A DNA stretch of 63,762 nt, counting the filler. It is 12 parts of 12 records of this genome, joined end to end, with 100 filler letters (N's around TTAATTAATTAA, not from the genome) between each part and the next. Parts side by side here need not be neighbours in the genome. Positions count along the whole stretch, not along the records: positions 21,084 to 30,689 come from SRR15195285_3265; positions 30,790 to 34,661 come from SRR15195285_3268; 10 more parts are not named here. The stretch is one strand, 5' to 3'. Made by a program: the position numbers and the translations under genes. The notes beneath the pieces are model-generated. The model saw only the letters and a program-made list of their open reading frames with translations. It made no database searches and was not told the origin of the DNA. Positions 23,164 through 34,761 of the stretch are shown piece by piece. Every line of letters starts with the position of its first letter. Position 1 is the stretch's first letter.

Positions 23164-24443
23164 TCACCCACACTTGGCCTTCTTCTCCTTCTTGGCCTTC
23201 TTCTCCTTCTTGCCCTTCTTCTCCTTCTTGGCCTTCTTGTTAGGCGTTGCAGCATCTAGACCGACCCGGTCCTCACCGCTCCGTTTGCCCGTGCTACCTT
23301 TTGGGTGCATAGCCGGCGTCGAATGTTTTGCAACCGTCGCTCTGTACCCCCAAGCAGTGTTTTGTTGTTTAGAAAGTGTGCCCATTGTAACAATGATCAG
23401 TGGCTACTCTGGTACTTACTCTGCGGAAGGTGCTAGGTCCAGGTTCCGAATCCAAGCATAATCGTTCACTCTGTTAAGTCTTGGCAGCGCGTGAAGCAGC
23501 AACATACCGCTGATCTCCTGAGTTGCACCATTGTTCTGGGATGTCCCGTCTTCCTGCTTCTTCCTTGCTGCTGCACGCTTTTTGCGCTCTGCGCGGCTCA
23601 GGCGTCCAGCAGCACCGGTGCTCGGGATGTTCAGAACCTCCAGCTTCGCACAGCACTGCAACCATGACCCAAGCTGTGAGAGGAATGAAGCGGTGGGCAG
23701 GAGCAAGATGGTTCCAGAACTGGACTCACGCAGGCCACAGCACTTAGCAAAAACGCGATTGCGTCCGCTGTCAGTGGATTCGCAGTTGAATGACTGGCGT
23801 CCCAGTCCTTGTTCTTTTGGTTTTTCTTCTGAGCAGGATGTTTGGTACCTAAATCGAGCGCTCGCAGATTCCGCCCCCTCACAGCCATCCAGTCTGCTGG
23901 GATGGCCGTCGTCAGGTTGTTGCGATCCATCCGCAGCTCCCGCAGTCCTTTCTGCTCATCCGCCGCTACCACCGTAGGCAGTGCTGTCAGTGCATTGCCA
24001 CTCAGCAGCAACGTGGTCAACGCGTGGAGCTCGTCGAGCAGCGGAAGAGTCGTGAGCCCACAGTCGCAGAGGTCAAGAGTCGTCAGGACCCGTAAGCGCT
24101 CCACACCTTCTGCCGATGCCAGCGGATTCTGCGCCAGGCTCAGCACCGTGAGGCTTCCGCCAAGCGCAGCAACTGACCCGAGCTCTTTCAGCTTGTTGTT
24201 CGACAGATCCAGCCGCTGCAAGTTCGTACACTGCGAGAGCACGGACACGTCGTCCAAAGCCTTTCCCGAGGCATCCAGCCGTACCAGTTTCTCGGCGCCG
24301 CTGCCACCCGCGTCCGCCTCGTCCTCGGAATCATCTGACCAGTCTTCCAACGCGCCGTCCTGAGCTGCCTCGCCTTCAGCACCAGCCACCTCACCGGCCT
24401 GCTGCTCCTTGCACCAAGCTGCTAAATCTGCTCGCGAAAGCAT
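23164..24443 (-). CDS. Leucine-rich repeat protein with Lys-rich tail; multi-exon, 3' end approximate
   Basis: LQRLDLSNNKL, LTVLSLAQNPL, LTTLLLSGNAL, LRELRMDRNNL, and the tail KKAKKEKKGKKEKKAKKEKK. Confidence 0.8.
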
Positions 24444-24904
24444 ACGGATGCTGGCGCACGTGCACCAACCGAGGCGCCGCTACGGATCGCTCTAGAGCTT
24501 ACAAGCGCGGTAATATTCGCGCGCGAGCCGACGCCGCGCGGCACGCGCCGCGCGCGCCGCCGGCGCCATCATAATTTCTTCGATTTCTGTGCTCCATAGC
24601 GGTATAGTGCCCAGGTTGTAAGAACCTTACGTAATGCCGGATTTGGTTCAGAAATTTGGTTCATATCGAATTCACCTCGTTCACAGATCACACGCCGGTG
24701 CGAATTCATTCGAGTATACGTGTATGCTGCATACTAGCTACTAGTACAATTGTAGCACTATCAATCGCGTGTACACATATGGCGTATGCATGTCTTATAC
24801 TGGGTATGTGTGATCTCATCGCGCGCGTGCGCGCGCGCGCGGATCGCGCGCGAAGCCATTCGTTCGTTCGGACCGGATGTGGCTGTGATGGCTAGATTCG
24901 TTTC

Positions 24905-27019
24905 ATGCTGAAGAGCCCCGCAGGCCTACAGTGTTTCCGCCGCCCTGCTGCACACGCACGCTACCGCTACCGCTGCGCTCACTCTGGCATTCTCCGCCCG
25001 ATCGCGGCAACGGATCTAGCGCACAGCCGGCGGTTTTGCTCCCAGCAGCTGCTTCGCCGCTGCCCGCCCGCGGCTGCTGACGCGTTTCTCATGGAGACCC
25101 CAGCGCGTCCGACCGGGGGAACGTGGGAAGAGGCGGAGAAGATCCTGATGCGTATGATTACCCAGAATGTGCGCGACAGGATGACGCCGGAGGTGATGGA
25201 CGACATGACATACTATCTCCGCGTTCTGGAGCTGGACCCCGACGAGCTCTCCGTCATTCATGTGGCTGGCACCAAGGGCAAAGGCTCCACGTGCTCAATG
25301 GTGGAGAGCATCCTCCGCCACGCCTCCGCTCAGCCAGGCTCGGCGGTTGCACCGGGTCTCAAGACAGGTCTCTTCACCTCTCCGCACCTCATTGACGTCA
25401 CTGAGCGCATCCGCATCAACGGCGCTCCCGTGTCTCGGGAAGTCTACCTGCGGTCGTTCTGGTACGTCTACGGGCGTCTTGCTGCGGCGGGGGACGCTGG
25501 TGGTATTGACGGCTATTGCCCCGTGAGAGCGATCCCTGGATTCTTTCGATTTCTTTTTCTCGTTGCAACCCACGCGTTTATCTCGGAAGGAGTGGACGTC
25601 TGCCTGCTCGAGGTGGGTCTCGGAGGGCGACTCGACGCGACGAACATTGTCCGGCGCCCGACGGCGACTGCTGTCACGCGCCTAGACTACGACCACGTTC
25701 AAGTCCTGGGTGACACGTTGACACTCATCGCTGGAGAAAAGGCTGGGATCTTCAAGCGTGGCGTGCCCGCCATCACGATGCCTCAGGACCCCGAAGCGAT
25801 GGCCGCGTTGGCGGCCCACGCTGCGAAGACAGAGGTGCCACTGCTGCTCGCACCAGCAATTGACAACCTGCTGGGTGCTTCAGGTAGTGGTCCGGTGGTC
25901 GTCGGGCTGGAGGGTGAGCACCACGCGCGGAACGCTGCCGTTGCAGTGGGTTTGTGCAACGCATGGATCCTGCGGCATGCCGCCACCGCCGCGCTCCCCG
26001 CCTTGCCGGCGCGGCCTTTGCCGTTGCCCAGCGCCGAGGACACAGCAGCACCTCCTGCTGGACTAGGAGCGCCAGAGGTCACAGTCGGCCTAGAGGCAGA
26101 TGATCTGTTCCTCCTTCGGCCAGAGTTCCGCCCTGGTCTCGCTGCCTGCTCTGAGAGCTGGTACGGCCGATCACAGATTCTGAGCTACTCAATTGCCGGT
26201 GCAGATGAGTCAACGGTCACCATGATGCTAGATGGAGCTCACACACCCGACTCGATCCGGGCGATGGGGCAGTGGTACTACACCAAAGACTCAGCTGCAG
26301 GTGGCCCAAGCGGAGCTCCAATCGTTGCACCTGGCGCGACGAAGGTGCTGCTATTCTTTTGTGGCGCTGAGCGGGAGCCCGCTGATTTGTTGAGTGTTCT
26401 CCGAGAGACGCAGCTCGAAGCCAGCGCCGCAGACTTCACAGAGGTGAACCTAGTCTCCGTCGCTTGCCGCTCTACGCAGCTCAGTCTTTGCTGCTGTAGC
26501 CTCGACGGCTTGGGGCAGCCTAGGTAGCGGTGTTTCAATTCTTTTCTGTGCTCGACTGAACACGTCTGCGCTGTCTTGTGCGACATGACATACAGGTACT
26601 CTTCACGGTCAACAACTTTCATCCGAGCAGGCGCAAGCAGCAGGGCGGGAGTGAGGATCCTGACCTCAGCTGGCAAGAGACTCTCGCTGCAGCATGGTCC
26701 AGCGACCGAGTGCGGGGCGGTGAGCTCTGCGCGCCATGCACGTTTGGTGAATTCTGTGTCATTGTTGTTCTGATCTAGCCATGTGATGAGCAAGCTTGTC
26801 GGATCTGATCGGTTCTTTGTCTGGGTGGTGGATCCAGGTGGGGAGATTGTGCTCATCCAATCTGTCTCGGACGCGCTAGACCGCCTAGGGGCCTTGGCGG
26901 AAGAAACGGGAGGAGGTATTCAGGTCTTGGTCACGGGGTCGGTGCTCCTTGTAGGAGACGTGCTTGGTGAGCTCGTGCAGCGCGGGCATTGGGCACCGAC
27001 GTACCCGGGTGCATCGTGA
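24905..27019 (+). CDS. FPGS: Folylpolyglutamate synthase
   Basis: IHVAGTKGKGST, GLFTSPHL..VTERIRING, EVGLGGRLDATN, EKAGIFK, LDGAHT. The last exon has VLVTGSVLLVGDVL. Confidence 0.95.
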
Positions 27020-27177
27020 CCAGGAGAAATCAATGAAAACGAGACAGTGACTCGCAGTACCTTGTCTGACACGTCTTTAGTGTCGACATGGCGTACGCAA
27101 CGGTGAATTGTGGTGTGGCGAGTACAACCTGAACCTGAAACGCGGCGTCTGCGTTGACCACCAACCTGTGGCTAACC

Positions 27178-28223
27178 TTACGGAGAGGCAAGTGCGCCGA
27201 GAAATCGGACTATGTGCCTCTCTTTTCCTCCGAGTTCATGGCCGCCACTATGAGTTTCGTAAGTCACGCAGGCGTCGCCACTGCAAGACAGACAAAGCAC
27301 GCACGAATTGCGGTGTTAGCTCGAACAGTCCTTTAGCACTCAAGACTATGACGTGGCATGACAGCTACGCACAGTGATCCAACAAGCATGTCTCTCAACC
27401 ACCCGCTCGCCGCAAACGGCAGTACTGCGTCAGCTGTGCCATGTGTCACCAAGACCTGCATCTTCCCTTTGCGCTCAGCAAGCTTTGGCTGCCATGCGTC
27501 AACAGTGATCGGGGCACCAGAAAGCATCATCACGCCTGCGACGCGGTCGATGGGTAGAGAAAGCGACACATCCATTGCAGTCATCGCGCCCTGACTGAAG
27601 CCAGCCATGCACAAGGGGGCCTCACTCCCCTTCGGAAACGAGGCTTCGGCTTCAGCGATCAGAGACTGCATCTTTCTGCGGCACTCTGGCATTCCATTGA
27701 ACTCCTTGCGAATCAATCCAGCCAGGGCTTCAGCGCCACCCTGCATAGCCATCATCCATTCCATTGGGTTGATCTGCCACCACGCAGGCGTCCCTTGCGC
27801 ATCAGGAGGGGCTTGCGGGAAGACCCAACCTACACGCTTTCCAGCCAGCTCCGACTGCGGCATTTTAGCAAACAGCTCAGGAAACGGAGCAAAATCCGAG
27901 TTGCTCGCCCCGTAGCCATGCAACACGACGCAGAGAAGGTCGATCGGGTCGTCACCTATCGGGGCGTTGACGACGCACTGATAGCCCCCCAAGGTTCGGG
28001 TACTGACGGCCCCAGCGGTCGTCCCAACTGGAGCTGGGGGCTGCGCGCCGCCGCCGCCCGCGTTTCCGCTGGCTCCAGCGCCGCCCTTCGCGCGTGCTGC
28101 CTCGCGGGCACGAGCTCGCAGGTCAGACTTTTCGATGCAGTCGGCGAAAGACAGCCCAGCCTGCGTGATAAAGCTTCGCAGTTCCTTGACACTCATCGAG
28201 TCAATCTCCTCCTCGGCGCTCAT
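27178..28223 (-). CDS. Phospholipase/carboxylesterase (abhydrolase-2, acyl-protein-thioesterase-like) with N-terminal SAP-like motif
   Basis: LHGYG, GFSQG nucleophile elbow, HGTADAVLP. The last exon supplies the catalytic His (HSGGHE) and a TAA at 27178. The N-terminus reads SVKELRSFI...DCIEKSDL. Confidence 0.88.
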
Positions 28224-28506
28224 CGCCGCGTATGCGTATCGGAGAAACTTCGAAAGAACACAATCGTCGCGCGACCTGCGCTGGCGCTACGTAGAGTTCC
28301 ACGCCGGCGCCGCGGATTCGAATATATCGTAATGCATGCATGCTGGCCATATGGGCGCGCCCGCGCGCGCCCGTGCCGGACGCGCGCGTATACATAGATG
28401 CTCACTATTATACTACGTAGATCGCAGTATGCGTGGGGTTGCGCCGTTGCGGGCGTACCTCGCGCTCACGCACGGAACACCTCGTTGGTTTCAATCCGCA
28501 CAGTAA

Positions 28507-30232
28507 ATGCCTGATACAGGTGCTCTACCCGACCTCTCGAACGGCCGGCCAGTGCGTTTTGCCGATACCTACGCCGAGAATGAAGGGCTGCTGTCCTGGC
28601 TGCGCACAGAGGTGTTCGAGGAGGTCTTGGAGCCCGACCTGCCAATCGTTGACTGTCACCACCACTTCTGGGACCTGAGGGGAAAACTTTACGACGACTA
28701 CAACGTCGGGCCGCGTGGTCAGATTGTGTATGGGCTAGACGAATGCCTTGAGGACATGTGTGACGGGCACAACGTCACACATACAGGTGAGCAAAGATAC
28801 GGGCACTGCGTGTATCGCAGGCAGGTAGCCTGACAGCGTGCTGCTCCACCTACCATTGTACTATCGTACAGTCTTCTTGCAGGCAAGTGCCGGAGGTCAA
28901 TACCCAAATTGGCACGGCAGCAGTGCCCCACAGCACCTACGTCCAATGATTGAAGTGGAGCTCTGCCAGGGTCTCGCAGCGAAGTGCGATGCAGAAAAGC
29001 CCACCGCTCCGAAAGTCTGCGCTGGAATCATGGGCTGGGCGGACTTCCAAGATCCACGCGTTGAGGAGCTGCTACTCGCCGATTGCCGAGTGCGAAACTT
29101 CCGAGGGATCAGAGGCCCTCTGCCAGTAAGTTTCCATCTGTGTATGTGGACTGGCGTGGTGCTGGAACGGTCAAGAGGAGTGGAGGCTAGCTTGTGGTAT
29201 AAAAGGTCGTGCTGCATGTACCTTATACACAGCATCCATGGACTCGTCACAGGATATTGCGGATGCGAATTTCTGCCACGGCATGGACTTGATGGAAAAG
29301 TACGACTTAGTCTACGATGCAGTTGGAGATCTGACGAAACTGAAAGAGGTTGCAATCAAGTGCGCTGCTGGCAGAGCCAGCGTGTGCTAGCACTGTACAG
29401 ATTGTTTTCTCTCGGGTTGTCCAGTGGCACTCTCTGTAGGCTGGTGAGTGTCTGACTGACAGCCGACGGACTCTTGCTGTGCGTGTGTGGGACACAGATA
29501 TCCAGGCGTACGGATTGTGATCAACCATCTTGGATTGGTGTGTTCACAGTAGGCTCGTGTCTTCAATCACCGTAGCTAATGATTAGCACTCACCAGCGCG
29601 CCGAATATTTCGACAACAATTTGATTGTCGCATTGATGATTTTGTGACACTGTGCTGGGTGTTGCAGCCAGGCCCCGTTGACCAGCCAGCAGAGAAGTTG
29701 GACCGGTGGAAGAAGCACATTGCCGAGATTGCGGCAGAGTGCTCGAACGTCTTCATTAAATGTGGTGGGTATCAAATGGTCAACAGCAACATGCGCCTCG
29801 AGCAGCGGGTCGTGCCGATCGGATCCAAAGAGCTCTGCGACAAAATATTTCCGATCTACCAGCATGTAATTCGGTGCTTCACGCCAGCGAGATGCATGTT
29901 CGAGAGCAATGTGTGTCGCAAATCCACCAGGGCATTCAACCTGCTATTTCTCTACTGCATGTGTCGATTGAGTGCAAGGCTGACATCCTGGTTCTCTGTG
30001 CTGTATGACGATACGGGCGGCGCTTACTGGATGCACTTATTTCTAGTTCCCCCCCGACAAAGAATGCGTTTCTCACAGAGTCCTTTACAATACGTTTAAG
30101 CGTATCGCGGGAGCGCTCGAGCTGAGCGACGAGGAGAAGCTTGATATCTTTCACGACACTGCCATGCAGGTTTACAGACTGGACGACGATATGGCTTTCG
30201 AGCCCCATTTCTCTAGTGCACCAAAGCTATAA
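28507..30232 (+). CDS. Amidohydrolase-2 family (sugar lactonase / LigI-like); multi-exon
   Basis: EPDLPIVDCHHHFWD, NFRGIR, IVINHLG, NVFIKCGG, RCMFESN/FPPDK and IFHDTAMQVYRL. Confidence 0.88.
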
Positions 30233-30353
30233 ATGCTGTCTACTGTAGTATAATTATCTGATGGTAGTGGTAACTGATGGTAGTGGTAACGTCCAACAGC
30301 AGGTAGCCGACCATGGCGTCTCCCAATCCTGTAGCTCTATGAACAGCGTGTGA

Positions 30354-30689
30354 TTACGGTACACAGAGTTTCTTGCCAGCACACCCACACCATCGCCACC
30401 TTAGGAGTGAACAGGATCCTGACGGCTGGCTGGAGAAACCAACACCGTTGCGCAAACAGATACTGAAGACCCACGGTGTGCGCAAACGCCAAATTTCACC
30501 TTGCGTTTGCAGAAGCGGCAGTCGAGCTCGCACCTGCACGTGGTGGGGTGCGCAATGCCTGTAGTCCACGGGCTTTGCTGCCCTGAACTGTAGGCGACCT
30601 GTTTGGGCTGGGACCTCCAGCTGGAGGTGGACCACTCGGACGCCGCGCAGGGGTCTTCGGCGGCTCCGGCTCCGGCTCCGGCTCTGGCT
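30354..30689 (-). CDS. 3' fragment of a Pro-rich protein beginning in an EP repeat; boundaries approximate
   Basis: The minus strand reads PEPEPEPEPPKTPARRPSGPPPAGGP from the contig edge. Confidence 0.4.
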   Translation of the reverse strand, partial: SQSRSRSRSRRRPLRGVRVVHLQLEVPAQTGRLQFRAAKPVDYRHCAPHHVQVRARLPLLQTQGEIWRLRTPWVFSICLRNGVGFSSQPSGSCSLLRWRWCGCAGKKLCVP

Positions 30690-30799
30690 NNNNNNNNNNN
30701 NNNNNNNNNNNNNNNNNNNNNNNNNNNNNNNNNTTAATTAATTAANNNNNNNNNNNNNNNNNNNNNNNNNNNNNNNNNNNNNNNNNNNNCGCCACAAAC

Positions 30800-30850
30800 G
30801 GCGCCAAGCTGGCCCCGTGTGGCGCCAAGCTGGCCCAGAGTGGCGCCAAT
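30800..30850. repeat. 21-nt tandem repeat (GGCGCCAAGCTGGCCC core), about 2.5 copies
   Basis: Read directly near the contig start. Confidence 0.7.
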
Positions 30851-31033
30851 CGGCGGCAGGCGGTGCACCATTGGCTACGAAGAAGGTGAGCAAGCGGGCG
30901 AGGAGAGCTGAAGACATCGACACTCATTATTCCAGTAGCCAGAGGCGGCAGCAAATCTAGAATTAGATAGAGGAGCTAAAGGACGATCGGAAGCCGTGAG
31001 CTGAAACCATGATCTCGATGACCGTCATAATTG

Positions 31034-34000
31034 TTACGACAGCTGCCACTGCTCGTCGAAGAAACCGCATGCTGCAATGTGCCCGGGTCGTTCATTTGTT
31101 GCCGGAGTCTCAGGCGCGACCCCAACTATCGCCCAGTCTGGTAGCTTCGGGTTCTGCATTGAGTTGGTGTAGTCATCTGCACCCACATGCACATCAAGTC
31201 ATCGCTTAAGGTGACCAAAACACTGGATCACACTAGTGATCATGCAACTAGTATTGAGCAGTGGCAGCAATTGTTGAATGATCCTGCTCTACTCACGGCC
31301 CTCGCGAAAGGTAAAACCAGAGTTGAGGAGGATATACTTGGGCGCGCTCTTGCTCGCGAATGGACTTGGGTAACAGCCGATAGCAACATGGTCGGCCGCC
31401 GAGAAGGGCGACCCGTGTTCACTGAGAACAGACCCCAGCAGGTCAGGGAAGCTGGTGTCTTCCGCATCCACAGCCGCAACAAGCGAATTCGTCGCTGTCG
31501 CGCGCGTGCAAAACAGAATCTCTCGTCAGATTGCACCAAAACTGGAACGGAGAGACCACTGGTTGCAACACTACGAACGCACCAGCGGTACCCCACAGCA
31601 CCAGGTTGTACGCAGCCTTATCCTCGGCCGTTACACTGGCCGCATGCTTGACCCGACACCTGCGTTTCGTCATCCATGCATCCACATGCGAGTCAGACAT
31701 AACATGTGCATAATTATGTAAAATGCTTCTTCAGAGAACGATTTCCTAGAGGCCAGGAATCGCTCACTTTCCGCGGCAAAGTCCTTCCCACCGGTCGATC
31801 TGATGTGGAGCTTCACGCTCGACCCAGCGATGCACAGCCTCGCGCTCTGGCTCCGATTTTGACGCCACGTCGCCCATGAGGTCCGGCAAAACTGCGAGCA
31901 GGAAGATGCTTGCATCAGCCTAGGATGTTTGTGTGCAAAACATTCAATTTGTATCCAAACGAAAAGCTGATGTTCCCATTTCCTCACCAACAAGAAACGG
32001 TGAGAGGTAGACGTCGTCAATTGGACCTTGGAGACCTGCAACGCACCATCAATGCATTCGGGTCAGGCCTCCATTCACTGTTGGTGTCCTGCTGCTGCTA
32101 CCGATTGCATGTGGTTTCCAGTTTGGATGAACCACTTCACGGTACGTAGTTTTCGATTAGCTATCAATGATTGTGTGTACCAGGTGATTTCTCCCAGCTG
32201 ACATCAGGTTTGAAATTCGGGACGGTGATCAGCTTGCGACCAGTGTCAGCATATGGATCAGAAGTGGCGTAGGCCATGCCGACTGCCGGCACCCACCTGG
32301 CCCGGTACAATCTTTCTCACGCATTGCACCCGGTTGCACCAACCGTCCGTCTTGGCAAATGAGTGCCTTTGCTGCAGAGGAAACATGGAACCGTTGTGGT
32401 GGTCTTACGTCCATCGACCGACGTCACCGCTATGGAGGCCTTTCACAAACGATGCAGAAATTACCGGCTGTGGGAGCTCTGTCGGGCAGGTCAGCTCCTG
32501 CGAGATGTTGACGCAATCATAACACGTGTCAGCTGCTGGTGTCAGACAGCCACCAGAACCCACCGGCAGTAGCACCGCGCACTTGTCCAGCGTGGCGCGT
32601 GATGTATATCACGCACCTGTCCATCGACGATAACCGGGACTGTCATGAGGTCAAGCTGCGCAGGATTGATCGTGAGAGCCCGCACCTGCACCGATATCCA
32701 GTACAGAATGAGAATGTAGCAATTCTGGAATTCCTAGCAAGGCTTGTACAACACACGTTAACGGTGGATATCTCCACAGCACTGGACTCGGCGGGTGGCT
32801 GCCCGACCGTAACGCCCTGTGACACGCAAACAACTTCAGCTGCGACAACCTGCTTATTTGTACGCTATGAGAGGCAGTTCGTGACTGCGGCGCGCCGGCT
32901 GTCCGACTCCGTGCTGTTATGTTCCTACTATTTGAATCTAGCACTCGAGGAACCGTCGACGTTGGCAAGTCGACCGTTCGGTATGGGATGTTTTCTTACA
33001 CCAGGTGGATCGATAATCCGCGCGTCTACTGTAGCTTTCACCCAGTGCTGCTCCAGCCGCTCGACAGTCACCCAGCTAGCCTTGTTGTACCGCAGAGTTT
33101 TGGTCTGCACAGAAACTGCATCGGGGAAACCTGTCCATAAGCAACCAAAACATACCGTGGCATCAGCCCCACATGACAGACAGAATCAATGATTTCCCCA
33201 AATACCCGCCCAAACCGAATTGAGGTCAATGGAAGTGTTGGGAGCAAATCGCCGTACGATCTTTCCCTGCAGCAATCTCGCGGTTACAGCGACGCAGGAC
33301 CTCGACCAGTGAGGCCTCGTCGTAAGCGTGGCCCTTGTCAGGTCCAACGATATGTGCAAACCGCAGCCCCTCCGCCGCTAGAACTGGCTCCATCCAGCGC
33401 GCGGGTGCCATTTGTGCATCGTGCTCGCCCGAGTAGACCACCAGTGGAACGTTAAGCAGCATGCGCGCATAGTCCGGTACGTCGTACCACCCCCAAAGTG
33501 TCTTTTCGTATGGCGGCGCGCGTGCCGCCGCGCCAAAGTCTGTCTGACTTTGTGTGCTGTCGTATCGTCGCCAGAACTCGTCAGCATACTCGCGCGCCTT
33601 GTCGCTCAGGACAAAGCCGGCGCCTGGGTGAACCACACACCAACGATCGGGGCAGTGGGCTCCGAGATGCCACGCTCCAGCGCCGCCCATGCTGAAGCCA
33701 CCGAGTGCGATTCTGTCCTCGTCTATGCCGTACTGGGTGCAAACATGGTCGGTCGCCTCGAACACGTCCACCTCGCCTGCCCACTTAAAGCCAAGACAGT
33801 GGCGCCCGAATGCATGCATTATGATCACGCCGGGCGGTGGCGTCGCGCCAAAGCTGGAAGTCGGGAAGGCTGAACGCTCACCCCAGCCCATGATCGAGGC
33901 CAAGTCGGTGTTCTTGTCGCCGCGGCCGTGCAGCCATACGAAGAGCGGCGCAGGCGGCGCATTTGGCGCGACAGCTTCGCTCGGTACCTCCAGGCCGTAT

Positions 34001-34449
34001 GGTTGAACGGACCCGTCCAACGGTGAGACGTATCCGCGTACTACCAGGCCAGGCGCGTTGCACCACGAGGGCGTGCTGACACCGTCTATTTTGGCAGCTG
34101 TTTGCTGCAGCTCGCCTAGCCGCTGCTCCGCCACATCGAGCGCCTGCATTCCCAGCCGACCGTCGTCGTTGTCGGCGTAGAACTCACCAAACTTGAGCGC
34201 GAGGCGGACTGCCTTGGTGTAGATCGCCACGTCCGCATAGTGCGGGTGCTCGGCGCAAGCTTTGAGATCCTCCTCCACGATTTTCAGTCTCGCGCGCAGC
34301 GGTGCCGCGTGCTCCTCCGCCAGCGATCCGCCCAGCGGAGGCAGCCGGCGCTCAATAGCCGAGGCGGGTGCAGCAGCAGCAGCGCTCTGCACACAGGGCA
34401 GCAGAGAGCCGAGCCGACGGCACGCAGACAAGGGCAGCTGAAGCTCCAT
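31034..34449 (-). CDS. Alpha/beta serine hydrolase (prolyl-oligopeptidase-family, bacterial-like); multi-exon
   Basis: GYVSPLDGSVQPYGLEVP, VWLHGRGD, AGEVDVFEA, GFSMGGAG, HPGAGF, GEHD, GHAY. Downstream exons give YILLNSGFTFREG and KLPDWAIV...PGHIAACGFFDEQWQLS-stop (31034). Confidence 0.85.
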
Positions 34450-34761
34450 TATTTTACGCTGTCTACAATTGTAGCCCTAGTTACGCGTAGACGGAGCCAC
34501 GCACGGGCGCGGAACGCGAACGCGCTCGGCGACGCCGCCTCGAGGCGGGTGCAGACCCGGCGCGGCGCGGGCGGATAAGTGGCTCCATGCATGCGCAATT
34601 TCACACGGAATTCCAGTCAGGACCGCCGCGAAAAAACTGATTTCGGTGTTACAATCTCGGANNNNNNNNNNNNNNNNNNNNNNNNNNNNNNNNNNNNNNN
34701 NNNNNTTAATTAATTAANNNNNNNNNNNNNNNNNNNNNNNNNNNNNNNNNNNNNNNNNNNN

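Noticed and set aside
31009-33192. Apparently degenerate region, possible transposon pseudogene
   Set aside because: It resolves as short minus-strand exons of the serine hydrolase that starts at 34449.
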